From: Octopus bimaculoides
Taxonomy: Eukaryota
Assembly (NCBI RefSeq): GCF_001194135.2
Contig: NC_068987.1
Span: 104,060,356-104,095,904 of the forward strand
Direction of reading: 5' to 3'
DNA: 35,549 bases
Positions within the stretch are counted from its first letter, which is position 1; every line of letters starts with the position of its first letter. Below are positions 34,297 through 35,549 of this stretch, piece after piece. The translations under genes and the position numbers were made by a program. The notes beneath the pieces were generated by a model, which was not told where the DNA came from, ran no database searches, and worked only from the letters and a program-made list of their open reading frames with translations.

Positions 34297-34319
34297 AATA
34301 TAGATGGAAACTAAGTTTC

Positions 34320-34552
34320 AAGGCGGTGAGCTGGCAGAAACGTTAGCACGCCGGGCGAAATGCTTAGCGGTATCTCGTCTGCTGTTATGTTCTGAGTTGA
34401 AATTCCACCGAGGTCGACTTTGCCTTTCATCCTTTCGGGGTCGATTAAATAAGTACCAGTTACGCACTGGGGTCGATGTAATCGACTTAATCCATTTGTC
34501 TGTCCTTGTTTGTCCCGTCTGTGTGTAGCCCCTTGTGGGCAGTAAAGAAATA
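34320..34552 (+). mobile_element. SINE family D copy with a different tail; TSD present
   Basis: AAGGCGGTGAGCTGGCAGAAACG...GAGGTCGACTTTGCCTTTCATCCTTTCGGGGTCGATTAAATAAGTACCAG. TSD GGAAACTAAGT(T/A)TCA at 34306-34320 and 34553-34567. Confidence 0.9.
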
Positions 34553-34639
34553 GGAAACTAAGTATCAAGGGTTGCAACTAAATACCATATGATCGTGATC
34601 GACTAGGTATTGTTTGCCCAGACTTGCAGAAACAAGAAA

Positions 34640-34985
34640 CAGTAACCACGGAAGAAAAAAGAGGAGACAGCTTTGACGGCCCGAGCTCATGATACTGAAT
34701 GGTTCCAATAGGTAGCCATTCAACCTGACCACCGAGCTGATGTCGCTGTACATTGCGGGTTCCAACCTCCGAAGACGGAATCAGAATTAATTGCTTTGAA
34801 GACGTTTCCCAAGTATTGATAGCCAATATCATCGAAAGTTTTCGACTGATCTAAGTTGATCAGCGTCTCAGCTAATGCCAGGTTCCTTCCTTAACCGTTC
34901 TCTCTATGATGTATCGCATGATGTGGAGGTCGTTGTGGACAGATCTGGTTTGCAAAACAATAAATATACCTTTCTGTAATAATAA
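34640..34985 (-). mobile_element. Decayed L1/Tx1-like reverse transcriptase fragment
   Basis: RSVHNDLHIMRYIIER...LINLDQSKTFD...YLGNVFKA...MYSDISSVVRLNGYLLEPFSI..SGRQSC, i.e. RT domains 2-4 (DxxKAFD, RQGCP degenerate). Confidence 0.75.
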
Positions 34986-35176
34986 TGTTGGACTCTCTCA
35001 TCGAAGACGACGTATGAAAGTTCAGCTATTGTTGAATGATTTATTTTATAGTGATCAAATGTATGTGCCACACATTAGCTCGCTCACTCCATCAAATCGA
35101 TGTTGCATCCAGAGGTGCACGGAGTAACACACGTCAAGTGTCGAAGGAATCGTAGAATAGCGTGAAGTGAAGTGCT

Positions 35177-35224
35177 AATAATAATAATAATAATAATATA
35201 TATAATAATAATAATAATAATAAT
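35177..35224. repeat. (AAT)n microsatellite
   Basis: Trinucleotide run with one TATA interruption. Confidence 0.97.
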
Positions 35225-35225
35225 A

Positions 35226-35549
35226 TATGCTAAAAACGACAAAGAGCTAGAAACACTACTACAGACAGTACACGGCTTTACCAAGGAAATAGATATGAAA
35301 TTCGGATTAGAAAAATGTGCCAAAGCAACCCTGAAAAAAGGAAAATTAGTTAAAAGCAGCAATATAACACTAGATAAAGCCAATGAAATAAGAGAACTAG
35401 ACGAAAGCCAACCATACAAGTATTTAGGAGTCAATGAACTAGATAGGATACAACATACATATATGAAAGAAAAAATAAAGAAAGAGTACTATAGACGAGT
35501 TAGATCAATACTAAAAACAGAGCTCAATGCTAAAAACAAGATAATGGGT
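35226..35549 (+). mobile_element. 5'-truncated R4/Dong-like non-LTR retrotransposon, RT frame open to the window edge
   Basis: 108 uninterrupted codons: YAKNDKELETLLQTVHGFTKEIDMKFGLEKCAK...YKYLGV...KEYYRRVRSILKTELNAKNKI. Starts just after the expected YxDDLKL motif. Confidence 0.85.

Overview
AT-rich, repeat-dense animal genomic DNA with five N gaps. It is probably an octopus; this is inferred from the SINE/MITE families and microsatellite load and was not verified. There is one intact host gene: a class A GPCR with an intronless coding region (minus strand, ATG 13878 to stop 12925, 317 aa) of the FMRFamide/peptide-receptor-like type. It has QRC in place of DRY and NVCIY in place of NPxxY, a probable 5'-UTR intron, and a ~430-nt foldback 130 nt past its stop codon. 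The rest is transposon debris: a mariner fragment fused to an RTE LINE, an internally deleted Tc1/mariner, a near-intact DD36E (Incomer-type) Tc1 with only two lesions, CR1, L1/Tx1 and R4/Dong LINE fragments, a Penelope-like GIY-YIG fragment, several MITEs, and about 13 tRNA-derived SINE copies or fragments built from shuffled modules. The most unusual signals are three minimal type I hammerhead ribozyme motifs within about 4 kb (23332-23430 +, 23731-23836 -, and a degenerate one at 27411-27505 +), each next to a TA-rich microsatellite, and a TIR element with GG ends and an 8-bp TSD, present twice, that carries internal (CCCTAA)n telomere-type repeats. All family assignments come from motif recognition by eye; no database search was run.
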